Positions 1 to 6,885 are shown, numbered from the stretch's first letter. The stretch is 11,579 nucleotides of DNA from Candidatus Helarchaeota archaeon (GCA_029838215.1 JALGVI010000088.1:1-11579); one strand, 5' to 3'. Translations and numbers: made by a program. Notes: generated by a model from the letters alone, not told the origin.

Positions 1-53
1 GATATTAATCGACTTACTGAATGGGATTAATTTTTGGAAATGAAAAAATCCAT

Positions 54-59
54 GGGTGA
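54..59 (+). promoter_or_regulatory. Ribosome-binding site (GGGTGA) for the nitroreductase
   Basis: GGTGA-type Shine-Dalgarno sequence 5 nt upstream of ATG65. Confidence 0.55.
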
Positions 60-64
60 AAAAT

Positions 65-961
65 ATGGAAATTCTTGGAATAGAGCAAGAGAAGTGCATT
101 CAATGCAAGTCATGCGTGCAGGACTGTCCTGCGAAGTTGTTTCACGTCACGGGCGGCGAAGATTCAGAAGCAACGATATATTTTAATGACATTTATGGGA
201 GTTGCATAAAATGCGGTCATTGCATTGCCACGTGTCCAAAGGATGCGATTAAGTTTAAAGCACCTGACTCCCCAATGACGTGGGAAGGGATCGAAAATCC
301 CTCAAGTCTGGTTTCTTACGACACGTTACTGAATTTTTTAAGAGCACGTCGTTCGATCCGTCAATACAAGCAGGAGCCGGTTTCTGATGAAGACATTAAT
401 GCCGTTTTAGAAGCCATGAGATATGCACCGAGCGCAAGCAATGCACAGAGTTGGAGCTATATCGTGATAACCGATCCTGTAAAAAAGCAGTTACTTGTTG
501 AAGAGACAATACAGACGTTCAAATTACTGAGAAAACTTTTAAAATTGAGTTGGCTCATCAAGCCCTTTCTTTCTTCGAATTTAAAAAAGACGGTCTCCGA
601 CCCATCGACCAAGCATTCCCTTGATCGGATCTTATCGGAGTATAATGCGGGACGGGACCCTGTTTTCCATTCTGCACCGTGTGTCATTATTCTTTATTCG
701 CCAAGTTATGGACACATGGCGGGTTGCGATGCGGGACTTGCATTCATGCACGGCATGTTGGCGGCACAATCGCGCGGTCTTGGAACCTGTTGGATTGGTT
801 ATGTTCAAGAGATTCTTTATCGGAGCAAGAAGACTCGTGAGTGGCTGGGCATTCCAAAAAAACAGAAGCCTTGGGGTGTGATGACGTTGGGCCATCCCGC
901 CGTGAAATATCATCGCGTTCCGATGCGCAATGCCTTGCGCGTCACGCGATTATCGGAATGA
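65..961 (+). CDS. Nitroreductase-family flavoprotein with N-terminal 2x[4Fe-4S] ferredoxin domain (298 aa)
   Basis: Two CxxCxxCxxxCP motifs (CIQCKSCVQDCP, CIKCGHCIATCP), followed by nitroreductase signatures RRSIRQY, APSASNAQSW and GLGTCWIG. The start is moved from GTG56 to ATG65 because an RBS-like GGGTGA (54-59) lies 5 nt upstream of ATG65. Confidence 0.92.
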   Translation: MEILGIEQEKCIQCKSCVQDCPAKLFHVTGGEDSEATIYFNDIYGSCIKCGHCIATCPKDAIKFKAPDSPMTWEGIENPSSLVSYDTLLNFLRARRSIRQYKQEPVSDEDINAVLEAMRYAPSASNAQSWSYIVITDPVKKQLLVEETIQTFKLLRKLLKLSWLIKPFLSSNLKKTVSDPSTKHSLDRILSEYNAGRDPVFHSAPCVIILYSPSYGHMAGCDAGLAFMHGMLAAQSRGLGTCWIGYVQEILYRSKKTREWLGIPKKQKPWGVMTLGHPAVKYHRVPMRNALRVTRLSE

Positions 962-963
962 CC

Positions 964-1989
964 CTACCAGTATTTCTTTAGTATTTTGGCATATATTTCA
1001 GGGGGCGTGTAGGCGAGAGCCATCTTGTATCCGACTTCTGCGAAACCGAAGTCTGAACAATCCAAGTTTCGTAATGGACGAGACCACAGCATTCCAAAAA
1101 CCCTGAAGTCATCCGAGTGTTCCTTTGAAGCCCACCGATCCGAAAAGATTACCATGTTAAAGGAACGCACGCCCATTTCGTGATATCCCTTGTAGAGGCG
1201 CACGAGTCCTTCAGCCACGTTCTTCCAAGCACTCGTCCCGAGCGGCACGGATGATTTTTGATGTGAAATAAACGTGACTTCATCACGCCCTGCGAGGGGA
1301 CACCACGAAGCCATGAACGAAAATGCCGATGCTCCGTTTCCAAGCGTCCCGAGCCATCGCAACTTTGCTTTTTTCTCGGCTTGAATGTAATCGGTAAAAA
1401 AATCAGACCCGTATTCTTGCCTGTATTTGACACCAAAATGAAACGCCTGTGCCAAGATGGGTGGTGGACATTCGGGAATTGCCAGCACTTGTAAATGGGG
1501 GTGAACGATGGAAGCCGCAGCGGGACGTAAATAGTTCTGATTGATTGTCGGATACACGGAAGGATCGCTTTCAGATTGAATTTTCATGAACTCTTCGGAA
1601 AGAAGAAAGGCGTCATGTAATTGGTCGGACGTGAATTCATTAATTCGAACGGATTCCGCCTCGGTAATTCGACATACGGCGATCTTGGTCCAACCGTAAA
1701 GATTGGGAAAAAGAATTGCTTCGTTTCGATGCAAGCGTCCATAAACGGGATCCTCGGGCGTTGATTTCTTGGGATCTTTAAAAAAATGATTTCGAGGTGT
1801 TAACAATTGGTCCATGATATCTTCGGGCACGTTATAGGGTTTATAGGCAGCCCGAGCCCGAGAAATCGCTGCCCAATGCCATTTAATCAAGGGATGGAGT
1901 CTTAGCTCAACATCATATTTTTCAGGTCCTTTCAACCCCGGAGGCAAGTTCTGCGAGATGGTCCGCTTGATTGATTCATACTCGATCAT
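964..1989 (-). CDS. GalT-like (HIT superfamily) nucleotidyltransferase; substrate uncertain
   Basis: Contains the HxHxQ motif in NYLRPAAASIVHPHLQ (HPHLQ at 1489-1503), an N-terminal ELRLHPL segment and an LFPNLY segment, as in the GalT family. ATG1989 is preferred; TTG1995 is possible. No galK or galE is present in the window. Confidence 0.8.
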   Translation of the reverse strand: MIEYESIKRTISQNLPPGLKGPEKYDVELRLHPLIKWHWAAISRARAAYKPYNVPEDIMDQLLTPRNHFFKDPKKSTPEDPVYGRLHRNEAILFPNLYGWTKIAVCRITEAESVRINEFTSDQLHDAFLLSEEFMKIQSESDPSVYPTINQNYLRPAAASIVHPHLQVLAIPECPPPILAQAFHFGVKYRQEYGSDFFTDYIQAEKKAKLRWLGTLGNGASAFSFMASWCPLAGRDEVTFISHQKSSVPLGTSAWKNVAEGLVRLYKGYHEMGVRSFNMVIFSDRWASKEHSDDFRVFGMLWSRPLRNLDCSDFGFAEVGYKMALAYTPPEIYAKILKKYW

Positions 1990-2155
1990 GGTCAAAACAT
2001 CATTTTATGACTATTGGATGTTAATTTCTAACTTATTTAATAAAATTATTGTAGTTTACTGTGGATTTAGGTACACGAAAACGATTTATCAATTACCATT
2101 AGTTAGAGTAAGCAACGATTCGGGTGTTTCTTCGAATCAGGATTTGCTTCGAACG

Positions 2156-2163
2156 AAAAAAAA
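2156..2163 (-). terminator. Candidate archaeal oligo-T terminator after the HEAT gene
   Basis: T8 on the minus strand, 39 nt after the stop at 2203. Confidence 0.4.
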
Positions 2164-2202
2164 GGTGTGAATGTAATTTTTTAATGACCTGATCACTCGA
2201 TT

Positions 2203-2910
2203 TTAGAATTTTAGTCCTCTTCTTCGATTAATTCGTTTTTTCATGAAGGCGTTTGTTTTAAGGATGACGATGCCGAGCGCTATCAACCCACAAGCAATGA
2301 TGATGTCCACGATTCCCATCGTGATGTTAATGCTTCGCATGATGGGACCACCAAACATGCCGAATGAAAACATCAAACCACCTAAAACTAATGGTATTGC
2401 GGAATATATGAAAAGAATCAGGGCGATCCAGAATGACACTGTCCAAAATATTATCTGGTTTATGGTTTTATTGTGTTCGGCAATGTATATTTCAACCAAT
2501 TCTTTTTCTTGCTCAGTTAACTCCGTGTTGTCACGTAAAATTGCCATGATGTTTTTTTTGGCATCCTTGTTATCCTCTATTTTCAACTGATCACGGAGTA
2601 AAGTTATTTCATTCGGTCCGACTTGTCCTTTAAGAGACCTAATTGCCAGGATTCGAATTTTAGGATTTTCATCTCGAATGAGCTTTGGTATTCTTTCAAA
2701 AAACCCTTGTGGGTCATGCCGTTGTAGCCCTCTCGCAGCAAATAGGCGGACTTTCCAAAATTCATCATCAAGTGCTTTGATTAATGCTTGAATGCCCTCA
2801 TCGCTGTAAAACTTAAGGAAGAACTTAGCAGCCACGGTTCGTTGAGCATCGGAGCCACTTTTTATCAGGTCTAAATTTTGTTGAATTCTAGGATTTGTAG
2901 ATTCATTCAA
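2203..2910 (-). CDS. HEAT/PBS-lyase-like repeat protein with two C-terminal transmembrane helices
   Basis: About 3-4 HEAT-like units (ALIKALDDEFWKVRLFAARGL; IPKLIRDENPKIRILAIRSL), two hydrophobic stretches (IIFWTVSFWIALILFIYSAIPLVLGGLMF; ITMGIVDIIIACGLIALGIVIL) and a basic tail KKRINRRR. The start is TTG with GGGG 7 nt upstream; the first in-frame ATG is about 120 codons later. Confidence 0.8.
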   Translation of the reverse strand: MNESTNPRIQQNLDLIKSGSDAQRTVAAKFFLKFYSDEGIQALIKALDDEFWKVRLFAARGLQRHDPQGFFERIPKLIRDENPKIRILAIRSLKGQVGPNEITLLRDQLKIEDNKDAKKNIMAILRDNTELTEQEKELVEIYIAEHNKTINQIIFWTVSFWIALILFIYSAIPLVLGGLMFSFGMFGGPIMRSINITMGIVDIIIACGLIALGIVILKTNAFMKKRINRRRGLKF

Positions 2911-3070
2911 TTTTAATCCCCTTTTTGAAAAATCCTCTATAGGTTATGATGATGGAGATTTGTTTAATGAGAATAAAAAATCTTTCATTCTGAATAAACG
3001 CGATTCGGTCTTCTAAAAGATTCTGCACGTGTTGGCAATTCTTAATGGGATAGAATCGAGAACTCGGTTT

Positions 3071-3832
3071 TTATTCGTGAAAACTCACGATGTATTTTCT
3101 CGCTATTAAATTGTCAACGATCTTGAGCGTTTCCCTCGTGTTTTTATTGATTTTCTTGTGCGAAATGCTTACTAATTCGGGGAGCGTGAAGTATTCTTGC
3201 TTGTTTTTCAATGCTCTTGCAATTTTGAGTATTTCAATTTCTTCTTCGCTTAATAATGTCTGATGTTCTTCTGTTTCCATCCACAAAACGGTCATTGCTT
3301 CCATCAGTTTTTTACCAAATACGTCAAGGATAATTTTTTCGACCTGTCTAAAATCGGCGAGATGATCCATCTTGGATTCTTGTAATTCTTCAAGAAATTT
3401 ATCTTCAAAGCTTTTCACGACGATCGTCAGAGAATCTTCGAGATAATTTGATGGATTTCCATTACACAAGATGATGCCGCGAACAAATTTACCGTGGTGA
3501 ATGACGATAATTTTTTGGTCATATTCCATCTTCTTGAGCTTGGCTTTTTCACCAATGGACCTGGCCATTAGATTCACGGTTGAAATCAAGGAATGTAGAT
3601 ATGCCGTGTCGAGTTGAACTGGTTTCTGATATTTCGAGAATAATATAGTTCCGTCCGAAATCAGGGCAATTAAAATGACCAACATGTTACTGATATCATT
3701 TATTTTATTATCAAACAAATCGGGAGTCTTTGGCTGACGCTTCAAGATGTATCGAATCAAAATTATGAGGCAAATGGAAATTCCTGCCAAGATCGCTATA
3801 TCCAATCCTAAAAGTAAAAAATATTCACTCAT
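3071..3832 (-). CDS. Membrane-anchored protein: N-terminal TM helix + putative longin-like domain + putative C-terminal winged helix
   Basis: TM segment YFLLLGLDIAILAGISICLIILI followed by RYILKR. The hydrophobic pattern fits beta-beta-alpha-beta-beta-beta-alpha-alpha over about residues 48-172. The C-terminal helical domain is LSEEEIEILKIAR...YFTLPELV...LKIVDNLIARKYI. Clear paralog of 3860-4525. The CDS is well supported; the fold call is inference. Confidence 0.7.
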   Translation of the reverse strand: MSEYFLLLGLDIAILAGISICLIILIRYILKRQPKTPDLFDNKINDISNMLVILIALISDGTILFSKYQKPVQLDTAYLHSLISTVNLMARSIGEKAKLKKMEYDQKIIVIHHGKFVRGIILCNGNPSNYLEDSLTIVVKSFEDKFLEELQESKMDHLADFRQVEKIILDVFGKKLMEAMTVLWMETEEHQTLLSEEEIEILKIARALKNKQEYFTLPELVSISHKKINKNTRETLKIVDNLIARKYIVSFHE

Positions 3833-3859
3833 TTAGAAGTCCAGTCTTTTTTTTTAATT

Positions 3860-4525
3860 TCAGCATGACGTGATGAAGAAGTGCCTGTCTATTAAATCGT
3901 TTATCGCGGTTAATATCTTTAATTCTGATTTCTTGATTTTCTTTTGAACTTCGACAACCAAATTAGGAATCGTGAAATACTGCTCGGGCATTGTCCTTGC
4001 TATTCTCAGAATGTTCAATTCGAGTTTAGAAAGGTTTTCTTCATTTCCATCCCATGACAAGCATATTGGAAAAATCAAATAGGTGGAGAATGCCTCATCC
4101 AATATTTCAATCGTAGAATCAAAGATATCCAATCGACCATTCCACTCCATTAGGGTTCCGGCAAAGCGACCTTCGAATTTTTTAATAAAAACGGTTAATG
4201 CATCGAATAGAAAATTGGAGGCGGGATTATCTTTCATGACACAGACGCCTTTCACGTGTTTTCCATCATGGATCAAGACTTGATAATTCTCATATGCGAG
4301 GCGTCTTAATTTTTCACCCGTGCCAATGCGTTCTCCTACAGCAACCACGGCTTCTATCAGTCCACTGTAGGAATCGGCGAATAATTCGTGGGATGTAAAG
4401 GATTGCATGAAGAGCTTGATGCCCGATCCTTTTTGTAGCACCAGAACGTGTTCTAAATTAGTCAAGTCCTTGATCTTTTTTTGCAGGAATTTCTCCGAGA
4501 GCTTTCGATTTTTTCTTTTTCTCAT
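3860..4525 (-). CDS. Soluble paralog of 3071-3832: basic N-terminus + putative longin-like domain + putative winged helix
   Basis: Colinear similarity to the neighbour: KIKDLTNL/KINDISNM, IHDGKHVKG/IHHGKFVRG, NPASNFLFDALT/NPSNYLEDSLT, LSKLELNILRIAR/LSEEEIEILKIAR, YFTIPNLV/YFTLPELV. ATG4525 is preferred over TTG4552 because GGAG (4534-4537, minus strand) lies 8 nt upstream. No TM segment. Confidence 0.7.
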   Translation of the reverse strand: MRKRKNRKLSEKFLQKKIKDLTNLEHVLVLQKGSGIKLFMQSFTSHELFADSYSGLIEAVVAVGERIGTGEKLRRLAYENYQVLIHDGKHVKGVCVMKDNPASNFLFDALTVFIKKFEGRFAGTLMEWNGRLDIFDSTIEILDEAFSTYLIFPICLSWDGNEENLSKLELNILRIARTMPEQYFTIPNLVVEVQKKIKKSELKILTAINDLIDRHFFITSC

Positions 4526-4625
4526 GTTTCGTTCTCCAAACTTGTTTTTCAAATTCGAGTTATTTCATTCCGTGCACTTGATCAAGGATAAGCCATCACG
4601 AGTAAAATGGCTTCTATATTTGGAG

Positions 4626-4643
4626 AAAATAAAAAATAAAAAA
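4626..4643 (-). terminator. Candidate archaeal oligo-T terminator after fadD
   Basis: TTTTTTATTTTTTATTTT on the minus strand, starting 7 nt after the fadD stop. Confidence 0.55.
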
Positions 4644-4650
4644 GAGGGAA

Positions 4651-6369
4651 TTATTCTTCTTCTCGTTCGCGAAGTTTTCGGCGAAGGACTTTTCCAACAT
4701 TCGTGGTTGGAACCTCATCAATAATTTCGATGATTCTGGGCCATTTATAACCCGCAATGTTGTCCTTGCACCAATTTTGTATGTCTTCCACCGAAACTTT
4801 GCCTTTATATTCCGGTTTTAAGGAGACGAACGCCTTGATGTTTTCTTCGCCTTTCTCGTTTTTGACACCGATGACACCGACTTCGTTGATTGGCTCGTAC
4901 TGATACATTAGGTCTTCTACTTCTCGAGGATACACGCTATGTCCCTTGTATTTGATCATGTCTTTCATTCTGTCCATGATATGAAGGTATCCTTCTTCGT
5001 CAAAGTAACCGATATCTCCGGTATAAACCCAACCATCTCGCAGGTCTTTTTTCGTGGCATCAGGACGATTGTAGTAGCCGAGAAATACCTGTGGTCCTTT
5101 TATTGCGATTTCGCCATGTGTAGAAATGTCGTCTTCCTTTCCCGGTTGTGGGATTTCTTCTTTTGTTTCGGGATCCACGATCTTGCAGTCCGTATTTGGG
5201 AATGCCATTCCGACCGTTCCGATCTTGCGCTTTGCATTTTCTCCGAGGGGATTTGCAAATACAACGGGAGATGTTTCCGTAAGTCCGTAACCCTCAACAA
5301 TCCGGGCACCTGTCATTGCTTCAAACTTTTCTTGAACGTCTTTTGCGAGTGGTCCTGCACCAGAAAGTGCCGAACGAAGAGTGCTCAAATCAAATTTTTT
5401 GGCTTTGGGATGATTATTGATTCGATTAAAAAGGGCATTTACTCCTGAGAAAAGGGTGCCTTTTTCCTTTACGATGGTTTTAATTAGATCCGGGATGTCC
5501 CTTGGGTTTGGAATCAGAATGCACTTGCCACCCAGTTTTATTGCCATCATCATCATCGTTGTCAAACCGAAGATGTGCGAGAATGGCAATGCGCCAACAG
5601 TGGCTTCCTCTCCCGGTTTTGTGCCGACAATCCAAGCAGCGCATTGATATAAATTTGATACCAAATTATATTGGCTGAGCATCGCGCCTTTTGGTAGTCC
5701 TGTCGTGCCTCCTGTATACATCAGGACGGCGAGATCCTTTTTAGTGTCAAATTTTACAGGTTTTGGTTTCCCTTCTGATTGTAATAAGTCTTGAAACTTT
5801 GCATACCGCGGTCCTTCGGGCCATTTTTTCATTCGTGGAATCTTGCCTAACAAGTTTCCAAGTATTCTGATAAGGGGTTTTAAATATTCTCCCATGCCCG
5901 TCAAGATGAATTTTTCAACGGTTGGAAGTTCATCCACGATTTTTTGAACCTCTTCTTCAAAGAAAGCATCAAATATTATGAAGAATTTTGATCCCGAATC
6001 GTTAATTTGATGTCGAATTTCTGCAGCTTTTTGCAATGGCACGATTGGGGAGACGACTCCACCTGCACGCATTACTCCAAAAAAGCCGATCAAATACTGG
6101 GGCGTATTTGGCACGTTGATGGCAACGCGATCCCCTTTTTGAAGACCCATATCCTGAAGACTCTTCGCAAAGCGGTCAACCTGATCGTCTAACCATTTAT
6201 ATGTCCATGTTTGTCCTTTAAAACTCATTACAGGGAAGTCAGGGTATTTCGCAGCTGTCTCTTTAAAAATGTCATCTATCGAGATATCATCAGGAATGTC
6301 GAGATTCTTCGGAACACCTTCAGGGTAATGTTGATGCCATATCCGTTCTCCTTCAACTTTAAAAGTCAT
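4651..6369 (-). CDS. fadD: Long-chain-fatty-acid--CoA ligase (ANL/AMP-binding superfamily), 572 aa
   Basis: P-loop YTGGTTGLPKG, GYGLTETSP, TGDIGYFDEEGYLHIMDRMKDMIKYKGHSVYPREVE, the C-terminal catalytic Lys in GKVLRR, and an N-terminal W..HYPEGVP segment typical of FadD-like enzymes. Chain-length specificity is not determinable from sequence alone. Confidence 0.9.
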   Translation of the reverse strand: MTFKVEGERIWHQHYPEGVPKNLDIPDDISIDDIFKETAAKYPDFPVMSFKGQTWTYKWLDDQVDRFAKSLQDMGLQKGDRVAINVPNTPQYLIGFFGVMRAGGVVSPIVPLQKAAEIRHQINDSGSKFFIIFDAFFEEEVQKIVDELPTVEKFILTGMGEYLKPLIRILGNLLGKIPRMKKWPEGPRYAKFQDLLQSEGKPKPVKFDTKKDLAVLMYTGGTTGLPKGAMLSQYNLVSNLYQCAAWIVGTKPGEEATVGALPFSHIFGLTTMMMMAIKLGGKCILIPNPRDIPDLIKTIVKEKGTLFSGVNALFNRINNHPKAKKFDLSTLRSALSGAGPLAKDVQEKFEAMTGARIVEGYGLTETSPVVFANPLGENAKRKIGTVGMAFPNTDCKIVDPETKEEIPQPGKEDDISTHGEIAIKGPQVFLGYYNRPDATKKDLRDGWVYTGDIGYFDEEGYLHIMDRMKDMIKYKGHSVYPREVEDLMYQYEPINEVGVIGVKNEKGEENIKAFVSLKPEYKGKVSVEDIQNWCKDNIAGYKWPRIIEIIDEVPTTNVGKVLRRKLREREEE

Positions 6370-6484
6370 TATACTTTACACCATGTTTGTTTTTGATGAA
6401 TTTAGAAATAGTTTGTATTACTTCTAATTAATCCTTTGGATGTTTTAATGGCAAGAAGTTTTAATAAATCTTATGAATGTGATA

Positions 6485-6510
6485 TTTATAAAAACTCATG
6501 CTAGGTGAGG
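6485..6510 (+). promoter_or_regulatory. TATA-like box (TTTATAAA, 6485-6492) and RBS (AGGTGAGG, 6503-6510) upstream of the 93-aa gene
   Basis: Both match archaeal consensus sequences. The TATA-like box is so close to the ATG that it would imply a near-leaderless transcript; a second candidate TTTAATAAA lies at 6460-6468. The RBS is better supported than the promoter position. Confidence 0.5.
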
Positions 6511-6514
6511 ATTT

Positions 6515-6796
6515 ATGAGTTTTATTCAATTGAAATATCGATATAACTGGACCTTGGTGATTCTCTATTTCTTTTTCATAATCGTGGGCATCATGCTTTT
6601 AGCCGCAGCAGCAGTGACCTATTTCCACATACCATATCTAGCTAGTTTATCAGGGGATGTAATATCAATCCAAGCATTACTGTTATTCATGACTACGAAT
6701 GCTGGTTTCAATATTTTTCTGGGAGTCCTTTTTATCATTGTTGGAGTCATTCTTTTGATCGAGCGCATCCGTTCTCGTCGATTCCAAATTTACTAA
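6515..6796 (+). CDS. Small hypothetical membrane protein (93 aa, 2-3 TM helices)
   Basis: Hydrophobic segments WTLVILYFFFIIVGIMLLAAAAVTYF and FNIFLGVLFIIVGVILLI, with a basic tail RIRSRR. Strong RBS AGGTGAGG (6503-6510) and a T8 tract directly after the stop. It occupies otherwise empty space. Confidence 0.75.
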   Translation: MSFIQLKYRYNWTLVILYFFFIIVGIMLLAAAAVTYFHIPYLASLSGDVISIQALLLFMTTNAGFNIFLGVLFIIVGVILLIERIRSRRFQIY

Positions 6797-6804
6797 TTTT
6801 TTTT
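6797..6804 (+). terminator. Candidate oligo-T terminator after the 93-aa gene
   Basis: T8 immediately after TAA 6794-6796. Confidence 0.5.
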
Positions 6805-6820
6805 ATGACTTTTTTATGAC
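6799..6820 (+). repeat. Perfect tandem duplication of TTTTTTATGAC (2 copies)
   Basis: 6799-6809 and 6810-6820 are identical 11-mers in the intergenic spacer. Confidence 0.7.
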
Positions 6821-6824
6821 CGAT

Positions 6825-6885
6825 TTTATTTAAGCATGAAAGCCAGTTCTTTTAATAGGTACATTTTATTTGAACATGGTGGAGG
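6825..6885 (+). promoter_or_regulatory. Candidate TATA box (TTTATTTAA, 6825-6833) and RBS (GGTGGAGG, 6878-6885) for the acylase
   Basis: The order terminator-like T8, then TATA-like box, then RBS, then TTG6896 is self-consistent for an independent transcription unit. Confidence 0.45.

Noticed and set aside
1-30. Possible 3' end of an upstream gene (DINRLTEWD-stop in frame +1)
   Set aside because: Only 9 codons are visible, which is not enough to support a feature.
1992-2003. Mini upstream ORF ATG-ATG-TTT-TGA on the minus strand just before the GalT-like start
   Set aside because: Such 3-codon ORFs arise readily by chance in AT-rich DNA, and there is no evidence of function.
1958-2170. 70-aa plus-strand ORF across the GalT-HEAT spacer
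   Set aside because: It overlaps the GalT-like start on the opposite strand and has no RBS or recognisable motif; the spacer looks like AT-rich regulatory DNA.
2243-2590. 115-aa Met-rich plus-strand ORF
   Set aside because: It lies fully antisense to the Ile-rich TM region of the HEAT gene, which explains the many ATGs; no motif.
3833-3862. The two longin-like genes are in the same frame with an A9 run between them, suggesting readthrough or a frameshift fusion
   Set aside because: Two in-frame stops (TGA 3860-3862, TAA 3854-3856) separate them, and each gene has a complete, alignable domain set.
4407-5647. Plus-strand ORFs 4407-4724, 4939-5448 and 5417-5647
   Set aside because: They are antisense to fadD or the longin-like gene, which have strong motif or paralogy support.
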